Assembly (NCBI GenBank): GCA_040954595.2 | Contig: CM082578.2 | Span: forward strand, 1,098,831 to 1,162,830 | DNA: 64,000 bases | Reading direction: 5' to 3' | Source: Balanoglossus misakiensis | Lineage: Eukaryota > Animalia > Hemichordata | In this document: piece after piece, positions 25,301 through 37,370 of the stretch | How positions within the stretch are numbered: the stretch's first letter is position 1 | Layout: each line of letters starts with the position of its first letter | The notes under the pieces: model-generated | The model's database searches: none | What the model was told of the DNA's origin: nothing | The model's input: the letters and a program-made list of their open reading frames with translations, nothing else | Made by a program: the position numbers and the translations under genes

Positions 25301-27754
25301 TTTATTTTTTGTCCACAGAGATGCACAAGTTCTTGTTTGGCTTGCAGGTGACTATGAATTTCTGGTGAAGATGTATGGATTGTCTGGTCCAAGTGGTATG
25401 TGCTGCATGCTGATTCTTTTGATTGTAACATGTTTCTAAATATTTGCATGTCATTTTTTTTAATAGAATGTGTCGGCAGTCTTTTTTCCTTGTTTCATCA
25501 ACAGGACGATACTTTGCCTGTGGTGTCTGACCACAAAAGAGCAAGCAAAGCTACCACCAGAAGAGCGGCCGGATATTCCACCAAGAACACTAGAGTCAAT
25601 CAGAGATGCACACAATAATTTTGTCAGTGCAGGGAAGGTCCTTACTCAAGCTAAAGAGTATTACAATTGCGTCAGGGATCAAATGTTTAGAATTCCACTG
25701 TGTAGGGTATGTTCTTCATAGATGTATCAATTTAATTTTTCTCTATCTTCATTTCAGATAAAAACAAGAAGTCATAATTAATGTGTTATGCTTAATTTCT
25801 CTCATAGGTTTCGATTCCAGTTTTGCACATCTCCCTGGGCATATTTCAGAGGCTCTTTCGTCTCCTGCAGAATTCTTGTCATCTACTTGATGCCGAAATC
25901 TTCACTCGTTTAGTGGGGGCGGGGGAGGAAATAGATGTGCCAGTCATGAAACCTGCCCACTTTGATGAATATGTCAGTCACATTTCGAAGATATCTCACC
26001 TCAATTCAGAGATTAATGAAATACATGTTGAGTATGATTTACTGACATCCCACATTGAAGCTGCCTTCACTGATACTAGTGATGATGATAGTGATGATGA
26101 GGACTGGCCACCAACACTTGGACAAGTAAAACATATGGAACGTAAAAGAAAGAAACTCTCTGATATTGCAGACAAAAAGGTGAATGCATTATCATATTTG
26201 GTACTGATTTATAAAAAAAAATGTGATTTGTCTTCTTTTCAGGTATAACATGACTAATTTTTCATTTGAATGTAATCATTGGGTGTGTTTAACTTTTAGG
26301 CTGCAGAAATTGTAATATTGCAGAAAAAGCTTCCCCATCAAGCTGGATACTTGCATAGGGGACTTGAAGTAGCACTTGCTTCTATCAATGTCTATTTGCA
26401 AGCCTACCATAGTCAGTCATTCATAGGCAATCATGTAAACCGATGCTGCAAGGTCTGTGTAAGAATAATTGTTATGGTTACTTAATTGCCATGCATGAAG
26501 TTGTTGAAGTTTGTTTGCCCTAATTGTGTAATAAATTGTACTGAAAGTTTATATATAGCCAAGTTCCCTTGGACATTTTATCTTTATTTTTCATTTTTCT
26601 GTTAGTTTTTTTTTATTTTTAGGTTGGATGTTTAACAATATTTTTCTAGTTGGTGAGTAACCGAAGGTTGAATTAATAAATACATTAATCAAATTTTAAT
26701 TCACAGAACATTTATAACATTCTTTGATTTTAGTTAAATGTAAGTGTTTAGTATTTGATATAGTTAATCAGTTACAGTCTTGAAATACAGGCTTAATTCA
26801 TAGTGAAAAAAACAAACATTATACTTGCCCTGTAAATGAAAAGATTAATGATTGGACTGCCTATTTTTCAGCCACAAAATGTGAATCTACTATGCAACAG
26901 TGTTGTAAATGTGACTGAGCAGGTATGCCCAGAGTTGCTCCCAAAAGCCCGGAAAATAGTACACAAACACCAACCACTGTTCACGGAGTTTGCAAACTGC
27001 CACAACAAGTATTCCCACAGCAGAAAATTGACACACATTGAAATTGAAGAATTGGGTAAGTACAGCATGCATGCAGGCACCCCCACCCCCTCTTCCACTT
27101 GCACACAGCAAGCAGGGAATAAGTCAGTCACCAAACTTGAGCCCACTGTCAAGTGTGAATCTCCCGGTATCAGGTGTGAACAAAAGTCAAGGTTCACCAA
27201 CATGTATATATAGCTTGCGTAAAGTTACAATAAATCAGACTTGAATTTGGTATCAACACCACGCGCATCTCATCTCACTTCCCGGCCATTCGCCCCTCTC
27301 CACCACCCATACCTTTCCCAAAGTGTATGCCGTACAATACATAATGCTTATCATTTATGGCACATCACTATTGTAACATTGAATAACTAAATTATAACTT
27401 TGAAGTAAAAAATATTGACATTTCCAAATATAATTTATTTCAGATACTGCCGTATCCAGGTTCATGAACCTGTATAGGACACATTTTCCAGAGGAAAGTG
27501 TGTTTCCAAAATTGCACATGCTTGAGTGTCACATAATGGAGAAGATCAGATTATTTAAACGAGGGCTAGGGTTCTTCGGCGAGCAGGGGATAGAGTCAAT
27601 CCACCACGCCTTTAACCAGGCTTCAGTGAGCTATGCGTGTATGCCTGGTGACCGCCTGAACAAACTTGAGCAACTAGTGAAAGACCACCATATTAGGACT
27701 AGCCCGACACATACAAAACCTGAAATCAAGTCAAGAGGCCCCTATAAAAAGTAA
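22326..27754 (+). pseudogene. RAG1-like/Chapaev transposase, 10 exons, three apparent lesions
   Basis: Exons: 22326-23394, 23584-23870, 24291-24506, 24800-25045, 25319-25395, 25505-25706, 25808-26179, 26300-26452, 26872-27055, 27444-27754. Motifs: H-x7-CRIC...D-x4-H-x4-CxxC...W..H..CxxC; RING CPVC..C..HVFCSTC..CPIC; ZFA-like C..C..H...C; TGGQP..RKPRK; KVGGDHGGGSMK; LAGDYEFLVKMYGLSG; CLWC; LHISLG; QAYHSQSFIGNH; PKLHML; GFFGEQGIESIH. Confidence 0.92.
23876..23998. repeat. Small inverted-repeat element in transposase intron 2
   Basis: TTGTTAGGGCCCAAGCGC ... GCGCTTGGGCCCGACAA. Confidence 0.7.
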
Positions 27755-29344
27755 ATGTAAATGCGAATGTAAATAGATCACAATGCAAGATTTAAAGTAT
27801 TTTTGTGATTGTTACCATGCCAATTTTGTACATATATATTTGATGTGTAAAATGTTAATAATAAAAACTCTTTAACCTGCATATTGCCTCTTGTGTGAAT
27901 AATTGTGTGACTTTCAGATAATGTACCAAGTACTTGAAAATTTAGCGAGTAACTAGACTGAATGTACATGTTCCCCTCACTACTAGCCAACCTGTACCCG
28001 CCTTTACAACCAGAACAATGGTGTGTTAAGTTTGTGAACATAATAAAAGCAAACATTCAGGCCAGGTACGTGGTGATTGTAAATGATTGGCTTCAAATGG
28101 TCATTTTTATTCACTGTAAGATCAAAATAGAAATACAAATAATATAGTGTTCGATTACAGTGAAATTCATCGGTAGTCTATACATGAAAGTGCATTTTAA
28201 GTGATGTTTAAATCATGCAAACAAGGCGCATATAATGCCCTCCCCATTACAGGGAATGCGCACAAAGATAGTTGTTGAGGGCGCACTTACATAAATGGCG
28301 GCCATTTTGAATCTAACTAAGTTACTATGGGGCAAACGCTTGTGCACCATGTTAAAAATTAGTTCAGGCATACCTTATACATGTATGTTTTTGACTGACC
28401 ATATCCTCAGCACGCCCTTTTTTTTCAAAAAGACTATCATTATTCTCTGCCAGGTAGAGAGTTGCCGCTTTCTTGTTAACAATAATATACTATTATAACA
28501 TTGCATAGATTCCAGTTGGTTTCTGTCCATATCTCACAAACTGTGGTGTGCATACTGTTGAAATGACCTCAAGAAGAAAATGCCAAATGGAAAAATATTT
28601 GACATACTAACCTATATGATAATGTTATACAGTACATTATATTTAACGGTTCCAATCCAATGTTGAGAACTAAGAAAACAATTTGAGCAGAATTCATTTA
28701 AAATTAATTGCAGTTCCGTTTCACCGCATTTCATAGGATGCTGGCTAAAATTCATAGTATGGTGGATTACCTGTTATGCATTTCTTTCCCTATTTCGTCT
28801 GGCAGATTTGAGTTTGACAAGCTGTCATTTTCCTTTCAGCTCCGCAAAATTGATGGATTTACTTTGACAGCACACAGACTGTCCATTTGTCATCGGAGAT
28901 ACAAGCAGCATCAGGTGCTGAACAGCTTGCAGCAGTGTTGGAAAAGAGTACACCACACTAACTTGCAAGAGTGCTTTGGCCCTTTCTTCACACTGTCCGA
29001 AACTTGTTGTGTTACATCATTGCTTAATGAATAAGAAATACACAGGTATTTAGCGTTCCATTCAATACCTACAATAGATAAAAGGGTGTCGGTCTGTATG
29101 CGACAATCTTCAATGTTCTTATGAGCACAAGGCTTTATTCAGGGAACGTTTTACAGTAAGAATTATATGATATAAACTGAATAAGTTTGTTGTCTGTCAA
29201 CTCTTCTGTCTTTGTCTTACCGATACGGTTCTAACCGCGAACACTGAGGCTTCTCTGCTCGTACACAGTATAAATCAATGGATGATAAAATGCGCCCTCT
29301 TTTGGTGAACTCTTCCTACCGCCCGACTTTCTACCTTACATTAA

Positions 29345-30139
29345 GATGGGTCCCTAGGATCTTTTTGCTCGTTGCTATGGGCCTTTATAGGACACTACAC
29401 TCAATTTTGATCGAAACCGTTATGAACGTCCGACAAGGGGCTTGTAACTAGTTAAAAATACGCACGATTGTGTGCACACCCCCTGTCCGAGTATGGTTAC
29501 GGCAGCTACCGCCCGGCCATAGGCCGCCACGCTAATACGGCAAAGCAGCGGTCAGCGATAGCGTGCGCGTCCTGTAACCACAGTAACTGGATCGAACGCT
29601 AAAAATCCAATGTTTTGTACACAGAGATTTTGTACTGTTCACGAAAATCCCTAAGGCTTTTTTCATAGGCCACGTACGCCAGCCAAATTTGACCTGCTTG
29701 TTGAGAACGCACTTCCGCATAGTGTGACGGATCGTTTTTTCGGTTTTCGTCGTGCTAAGAAGCGATACCGGTGGAAGAGTGCGTCCAAAAAAACCCAAAA
29801 TCGATGACTTTTTCAGGTGTGGTACGGGTATGCTGAAATCGTAGGATACAACGATAATATTTGAAAACAAAATCCGTCACGATCTTCCCTGGTTCAAGCA
29901 ACTAATGAATACGCATCAAGTTCGTTTTTGAGGTCACGGAATAAAAAGCCTTAGGCTTTTGAAATTTGACCTAGCTAATTTGCATATCAATGGCGTCAGG
30001 GGGCGCGCGCTCACAATCGTGCAGATTTTCAACTAGTTACCAGCCCCTTGTTAGACTCTGAAAACGGCTTAGTCCAAATCGGGGTGTAATGTCCTATAAA
30101 GGCCCATAGCAACGGGCAAAAAGATCCCAGGGACCCATC
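29345..30139. mobile_element. TTAA-specific non-autonomous DNA transposon (Kolobok-like)
   Basis: ~130-bp imperfect TIRs starting GATGGGTCCCT; TTAA at 29341-29344 and 30140-30143. Confidence 0.85.
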
Positions 30140-30384
30140 TTAAGGCATGTAGGGCGGTCAGGTAGATGGCAGTGTATTGCAAGCGTCTCTTGCATATTTT
30201 TTTCCGCCAGGAATGGCATACATTCGTTTTTGGCGACACCACAACTGCTGGAACTTCTCGAAAAATTGAGAGCCGGATTTCATAAATGCTCATGTTTTCC
30301 GAAGGGCTGAAAGAAGATCCAGAGTGGAATATTTAAATTTGCCTGTGGCAGACATCATAGTGGCTGCCAGTTATTATATTTCTT

Positions 30385-30540
30385 GTGCAAGAGATAGTAT
30401 CTTGTTCCAGCGAGATGTTTTCTCGTGTGCACGAGAAACATGCTATCTCGTGCATATCTCGTGCGCACGAGAAAATTGCGAGCGCACTCGTGTTCACGAG
30501 AAAATATCACATGCACACGTAAGTCGTGCGCACGAGATAA
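30385..30540. repeat. Cluster of TCTCGTGCGCACGAGA-type short palindromes
   Basis: Several degenerate CTCGTG.GCACGAG units in tandem. Confidence 0.7.
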
Positions 30541-31476
30541 AAAAATGTGCCCTGTAGTCTTTCTTAGGACATGATAGCGTGACGTCGCATTGTAATTAAC
30601 GGACGATCTTGGAAATTCGGCTATTAATGGTGAATGGACTTTCGCCTCCTTCGAACAACAACAGAGACTGACGTCGCAACAATGACAGAAAAGTGAAGCA
30701 AATGGCCGACAAAACGAAGAGAATCTGAAAACGGGCAGGATCCTCGGCACAGACATCTGGGAATAATACCACCACATCAAATAGAACGACGAGTAGTGCA
30801 GGACAAACCGCCACCAGTGACTATGACAACAAGTCTGAAGGCGATGCTGGCGAACCCTTGCACAATAGAACTACAGTCCTACAGAGAAATGCAGCCCAGC
30901 GCCACTCAAGATTTTCCATTCCTGGTCTGGCAGCAGCCAAAATATGTTGTTGTTTTTTCTCTTAGAAGCGACCTCAGTCTGAGCTGCATGAGAATAAACT
31001 GTAGGTTGGGAATACTTGGAATTTAGCGAGCTCAACAAAAAAAACACGCAGTCGCTGAGGTCAACACGTAGCTATTAGTTTCGGTTTTATGTTCGCTACA
31101 GCTCGGAAACCAAAATGTGGTACAACTTCAAGCTACATAAACTGGAAAGCATAGTACGTGCAGAGCAGACCATAGTGACGCAAGCAGGTATTCTCGGTCG
31201 TGATAAAAACACGGCGCTAGAAAAACAGTCATCAAAAGTTGCACGTGTTCCCCGGCCACAAATAATGTAATTGTTGGCGCACAGAAAGTCCAGTCGATAA
31301 ACGTTTACGCTATAGAAACTCACTCTCTCAGCAAAAGTCTGACACCCTCGTCAATGACAAAACGCAAACCGAGCTGGGTATGATCAAGTCAAACATAGGG
31401 CAAATCCCCACTCTGTGTTTTATTATTTTCCACATACGATGGTTCTAAATAAAACTGTACCTATTTGAAATGCTTA

Positions 31477-32286
31477 GGCTGCATTCACAAACACCTCTGG
31501 AGGGGGGGGGGGGGGCGGGAGAATTCAATTTTTTTTACCGTTAATTTTCACATGCCCCCCTACACAACCCGAAATATTTTCAAATACCCCCCTTCCGAAC
31601 TGCTAAAAATTGGAAATCCCCCCCCCCCCATTTTCTTTCACACAGCGAAACACATCACCTATCTATCTAATATCTTGTAAAAAAGAAAAACAGCGCTCCC
31701 ATGAAAATAATTTGAAATTGATGTTTCCTCTCATCAGTGGGTATTAAAACTGAACATTGTTTTTAATTTTTAAGAATGTGTATTCTGTGTTGGGAGACAT
31801 TGTAAACCGAGAATTGAAGGGGGTGGGTTTGGGAGGGGGTGTCCCCCTCCCACGTAAGAAAATTTTATAAAATACAGAGCTCAAAGCTGCATTTTAATGA
31901 ACCCGGCAAAAGCAAATTAACTCAACGACCAGTATGTTAGGGAGGACAAATTTAACCGTCGGGGCTCAAAGTTATCATGGGGTGGGGGCAAGTCCCCTGA
32001 CCTGGGACACTAGATAAACCAGTCAAAGATTGAAAGGTGTCGATGAATGGAGGGGGTGGGTGTGGGAGGGGGTGTCCCCCTCCCACATTAGAAAATTTTG
32101 TAAAATAAAGGGCGCGAAACTGCATTTTTGTGGACTCAAAATAAATATTTAGTCGTCAAAGTTTTCAATTCCCCCCCTTTCAGTCCCTAAATTATTTCAA
32201 ATCCCCCCCTTACATACCCTCAATTTTTTCAAATCCCCCCCCTCAATTCTCCTGCCCCCCCTCCAGAGGTGTTTGTGAATGTAGCC
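31477..32286. mobile_element. Harbinger-type MITE
   Basis: TIR GGCTGCATTCACAAACACCTCTGGAGGGG / CCCCTCCAGAGGTGTTTGTGAATGTAGCC with TTA TSD; internal GGGTGTGGGAGGG..TCCCCCTCCCAC repeats shared with the 9958-10760 MITE. Confidence 0.88.
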
Positions 32287-34084
32287 TTACCGAGGTAAGA
32301 TCATTGAAAGTTTTCAAACGTTGATGACAAATGTATAACTGATTTTTTACAAATGAATAATCGCGCACTTGCATGTTATTTTCTCTATACCAGACACCGC
32401 GCGCGCGCCGTTGGCAAAAAAAAAAACGCGGAAAATTATTGAGCATGCGCAGTCGATACTTCACATTGTAAACAAGATGGCGTCGCTGCCTATGCTTCTG
32501 GACCGCTGTCGCCCGACTATGTCGGCAAAGAAGAGACGAATTAAACCATTCAACGCCATATCGGAAGATAGAATGATCGCGAGATGAAACCGGGCTATCC
32601 AACGATTAGGCAGCCATGTTGACTGATTGGTATGTCGCCGAAGTAATTATTTGCCATTGATTTGTTTACCAGAAACGGTTTGCCGTTGGAACACATTTGG
32701 CCTCACCGAAATTGATTTCAGAGGTTTTTTCCCAAAAACTAATGACGTTCGTTTTCACCTGAGTGCGAGGATGGATTGAAGGGACACAAGCTTTTGTAGC
32801 CACCAATATTTTGACACTCTTTATATCAATGTTGAGCTGGCATATTTGCTCCAATATGATGTAGTGTACCTGTTGCATTGAAATGAAGCTGTAATAATAT
32901 TACAGTGCAATCTAGTCCTTTGGGTTAATAGGAAAACGAGGTCAATAAATGACAGGTTTATTTAAATACAGGATATATTTATCACAAGCACTTATGCATA
33001 TGTATGAGATACTTATTTATTTTTAATTTATTTTTTATTTTTAATTGATTTTGTACGTTCAGGTAATCATATGGATTTGTATGGAATCACATACACATTA
33101 ATTGAAGACTATCATATCACAGAAGTCGAGCCGCCAGATGTGTAAGGTAACCATTTAGGTTTCATGACTAAGTTTGTTTAAGAATTCATAAAGCTACCCA
33201 ATGAATGAATTTCCTTAAAATGTCACAAATGTGACAGAGTTTGCAGTTGTGCAAGAAAGTGTGTATTATTCACATAAGAATTTTTTCGTATGCATTTTTC
33301 TGATGGCAATGCATTTGACTGTAAACAAATATGGATGTCAGTTAGTAGTGCTATTTTGTCAGTGAAATGGCTTCATCATCATCCCTCCAACCAAAGTTGA
33401 AACAGAGTTGCAAATATTGCACAGCTTGAAATCATAAAATGTTGCAAAATTGAACCAACCGTTTGGTCAACGATTATGTTCTTACAGCTATTATTAGAAC
33501 CAGACAGTCTCAGGGAACAAGAGACATGGGCCTGATTTGCAAGTTGAGTTAGAACTGCCTTTGCCTGCCCACGGACGCCCCAATTTCAGCAAAAATTATT
33601 GCATTAAAATATGAGTATGGAGAACTATGCTCTGTGTTTCTTTTGTTAGCTTACATAGCTGTTGTCATTCTAGTTTTTCCTCCGTCCTGTGAGCAGAGTT
33701 TCAGTTGCGAAAACCGACAGTTCTCAAAGTACAAAAGTACACCTAAATTGCCTCGGTGATGAGCATGCAGAATTTATCTGATGCTTCTTACTGGCAGAAG
33801 GACCCCACCAGTTGCAGATTGTGAATTCCATGGCACAAGGGAATTTACGCTTTGCGTTCAAATATAAATAATTAAATCCTGTAAAATTATTCTATATGTT
33901 ATTTATTGATGGTTCAAAAGTGTTATGACTGATTGTGTTAGAGTACCTGTATTCCATATAAGCATGCTGTCAGTGCACATCCGATTGATAACAATTTCAC
34001 ATTTTTAAAAATTTGCTTCTCTGAATAATTATGAATACATAAAACTTCATATGATATAAATTGTCCTGATATCGTAAACATTAA

Positions 34085-34524
34085 ACCCCGATGCGTGGTA
34101 TAAAAGACCCCCCAAATCAGTGGCGAATCTTAATGCCATTTGACTGACAACAGACAACACCAACGATCTTGGCTCTATGAAAATCAGCCCAAACAGATCC
34201 AAGCATAAAGAATTACACCACACAACGACAGTGGTTGGCTTTATAAACACACACAACATAAAGTTATCGATGAAAAAGTACACGAGCTTTTGAAACAACG
34301 ATGATTTTGGGAGAAATCTGGTTTCAGTGCTTTTCAGAAGCATCCCTGGGAAACAATAACCACGCCATTCAAACAGCTGTCAATCGCATAGAGGTGTAAA
34401 GTGTTCAATTATTTTCTATGTACATGAGATCAATTACACAGTTATTATGCACGACAACCACTCCCAAATAAACAACTGTACAAACACACGTTAATCCGAA
34501 CCCCAGTACTTTCCGCACCGGGGT
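34085..34524. mobile_element. TTAA-specific MITE
   Basis: TIR ACCCCGATGCG / CGCACCGGGGT; TTAA on both sides; empty TTAA site in the left arm at ~15966. Confidence 0.85.
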
Positions 34525-36149
34525 TTAAGGCCTAATGCTAGTGTCACAACATTGATTACCAGACCGTTTCCCTCTGTATGTATGTATGTATGTATGTATG
34601 TATGTATGCATGTATGCATGTGTTTGTGTGTGTGTGTACATGTGTGTATGCATGTTACATGTATATATGGATGTATGTCTGCCCTGATCCAAAACATGAA
34701 ACCACTTCGCGTATCACCTTGATATTTGGTGTGTAGATGGGATTTTGCTTAAATGAAGTTGTCATTGCAAAAATACGCAAATAACCTGTGAAATATGTGG
34801 AATTGATCAAAACTCAACAACTGGTTAGACTGCTTTGAACATTTGTATGCATGTAGGTAATGTCCTTATACCTGATATACTTTGAGTTTATATCGTGAAT
34901 TGTCTATTTTTTATGCAATTATTTTGTCTTGTTTTACCATTTGAAAAAAAATCTTTTCCTCTTAAAGAGATTGGCTGATTTCTTTAGAATTTAGTATGAC
35001 ACTTCCGGTAGGTGATCTTAGTTGGTTTTGTTTAAATTGTCGCAGAATTTGTAATCTGTCATTTTTGGTCAAAATTCATTTTCTGAGAAACTCCTTAGAT
35101 TGCTTTTAAATTTTGGTATGCTTGTTCCAAGAGGTAACCCAAGTAATGTTGTATATCATTTTGGTGAAATTTACATATTGTGGTCTTGGGGCAATTTTTG
35201 CAATTTATATTCTTTGAAACTACTAGTCAGATTGCTTTCAACTTTGGTAGGCGTGGTGATTGAAATAGATATTATACAATTTGTTGATAGTTGGATAGAT
35301 GTGGTTTGAGGCAGTTTTTGTCATTGTTGAATGTTGTTTTCCCTAAAATACTTGTCTGGTTCCTTTGAAATGTTCTTACAGTAGGTCATATCTGCTTGCC
35401 AATGTCACATGATTTTTCCCATGAACACAGACATACCTAATTTTGTGTAATCCCCAAATGGGACCACAGTGTGTAATAACCTGACCAACAGTGACTAGTA
35501 TATCCTGTGTGTTATACAGTACTTCTCACAAGGTTGAAGTACATGTAGACTGTTGATGATTTTTTGCGATTCTTCAGAAACTTACAATACAGAGTCTAAT
35601 GTGGTAATGTCCATGGTCACATTCAGAACTACCTAGTCTATGCCCGGCAGTGTTCTGTCCGCTTTGCTTCCAAAACTAATGTCTGGCCTCACTCATGCCA
35701 CTTGCCCAATAAACTAATACCCCTTGCTGGGAATTATGATGTAACTAGCGTCGCTTTGAATCCTATCACATTACTGAACAGTGTTGATTTGGTGTAAGAT
35801 TATAGTGAAGGCAGGGCTTATTACATTGAAAATGCTACCCAACCTTAATTACACGTATGTATATCCTTTGTCTAATCATTGGAAAAACAATGTACATGTA
35901 CCAAAGACTAAGTAGCTATTTGAAGGTGAATCGCAAGTGGGCACGTTCATTACTTAACCTCAAGCAGTCGGTTAGCTACCGTATACTAAGACAAACATTC
36001 CTGGTGTAATTAACATCACTGTCATTAGTAATATCTATCTCCAATCAGTATCAGTTCTGCCTTTATGTTATTTTAAGTCAATTGTCAAGGTTCATGTACA
36101 TATATTACAGCTTAACTGTCTTGTCAAAAACTTACGCATGAACATGTAC

Positions 36150-37370
36150 CTAATTCTAGGCTTACCTGTAGGGTTAGAGATACAGTATTTTATATTAATA
36201 TGCATTAATATGAAACTAAAATTTGATGGTTAATTTAAGACCCCCCTGAGCAATGGTAACCTCGTTAAATATGTGCATATCTAATTCTAGGCTATTCAGC
36301 TGAAGTAGAAACCTGGACATGGACAACTTCGGGGTCAAAATCTTTTGACAAACATTTGTGTGATCTTGGGTAAACTTTGACCTACATTCCTATATTTTAG
36401 CATCCGGAGCAGATACAACCTTGACACTTGGAGTGATGGAACTATTTGATTGAGTATTATGTCTTGCCTCATTAATTATGTACTTACCTAATGCCAGCCT
36501 AACCAATAGGGCTGGAAGTCTGGCTTTTTGGACATGATAAATTTGAGATCAACATTTTTCTACAGCAGCCAGCCTTCTCCTAAAAAGAATGGACAATATA
36601 AAGGCTTTGATGGTATACTGAACTTTTGACTCCCTCCCTGAGACTGTGTGCCAATGACGGGATAGCCTACTCAGCGTTGGGTAGATCCTAAGAAGGCCTC
36701 AGCCAGGCATCAAATACAAAAAGCGGAAATCCAAGCTTTAATGGTGGGTTACATCGTTAACTTCCCTGCAGAGCTGATTTCTCAGACTGTGAGCCAATGA
36801 CAGGTAAAGCCTCTAGGTAGGGGCCACCTAAGACAGGCCGGTCATGCTTTAATCACAAAGAAGGGCAAGTTCAGTCTTACCACAACTTTGTCTGCTGTAT
36901 ATGCTTCATAAAGATTGCAGAGTATTTTGAGAATACATTGTGTTAAGGCAGTGTGACCAGCTAAAATGTACTGGCAAACACAGCCAATGTGTAATGAAAA
37001 ACATCTAATTTGGCTGAATAAAAGACACAGCAAAAGCACTGTGACTAGCTGAGACATAATACTCCATTATGCAGTTCCATCACTCCAAGTGTCAAGAATG
37101 TATCTGTGCCGGATGCCAAGATATAGGAATGTAGGTCAAAGTTTACCCAAGATCACCCAACATTTTGTCAAAAGATTTTGACCCCAAAGTTGTCCATGTC
37201 CAGGTTTCTACTGTAACTGGATAGCCTAGAATTAGATATGTACATATTTAATGAGGTTACCATGGATCAAGGCAGTCCTAAGTAAACCATCAAATTTTTA
37301 GTTTCATGTTAATTCATGTTAATATAAAACGCTGTATCTCTAACCCACTGGTATGCCATTCTGTGTTTCA
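36150..37370. repeat. Inner inverted repeat around the conserved core, right arm
   Basis: 36150-36465 is the reverse complement of 37055-37360. Confidence 0.88.

Larger units (their letters stand above)
21671..28344 (+). mobile_element. Full-length RAG1-related DNA transposon (Chapaev type)
   Basis: TIRs CACAAGCGTTTtagCCATAG (21671) and CACAAGCGTTTgccCCATAG (reverse complement, ending 28344); 4-bp TSD CACC (21667-21670, 28345-28348); single internal transposase gene. Confidence 0.92.

Noticed and set aside
27755-32437. RAG2-like gene convergent with the RAG1-like gene (ProtoRAG layout)
   Set aside because: The right TIR and TSD lie at 28344-28348, and no kelch-repeat or PHD-coding exons were recognised on the minus strand inside or beyond it.
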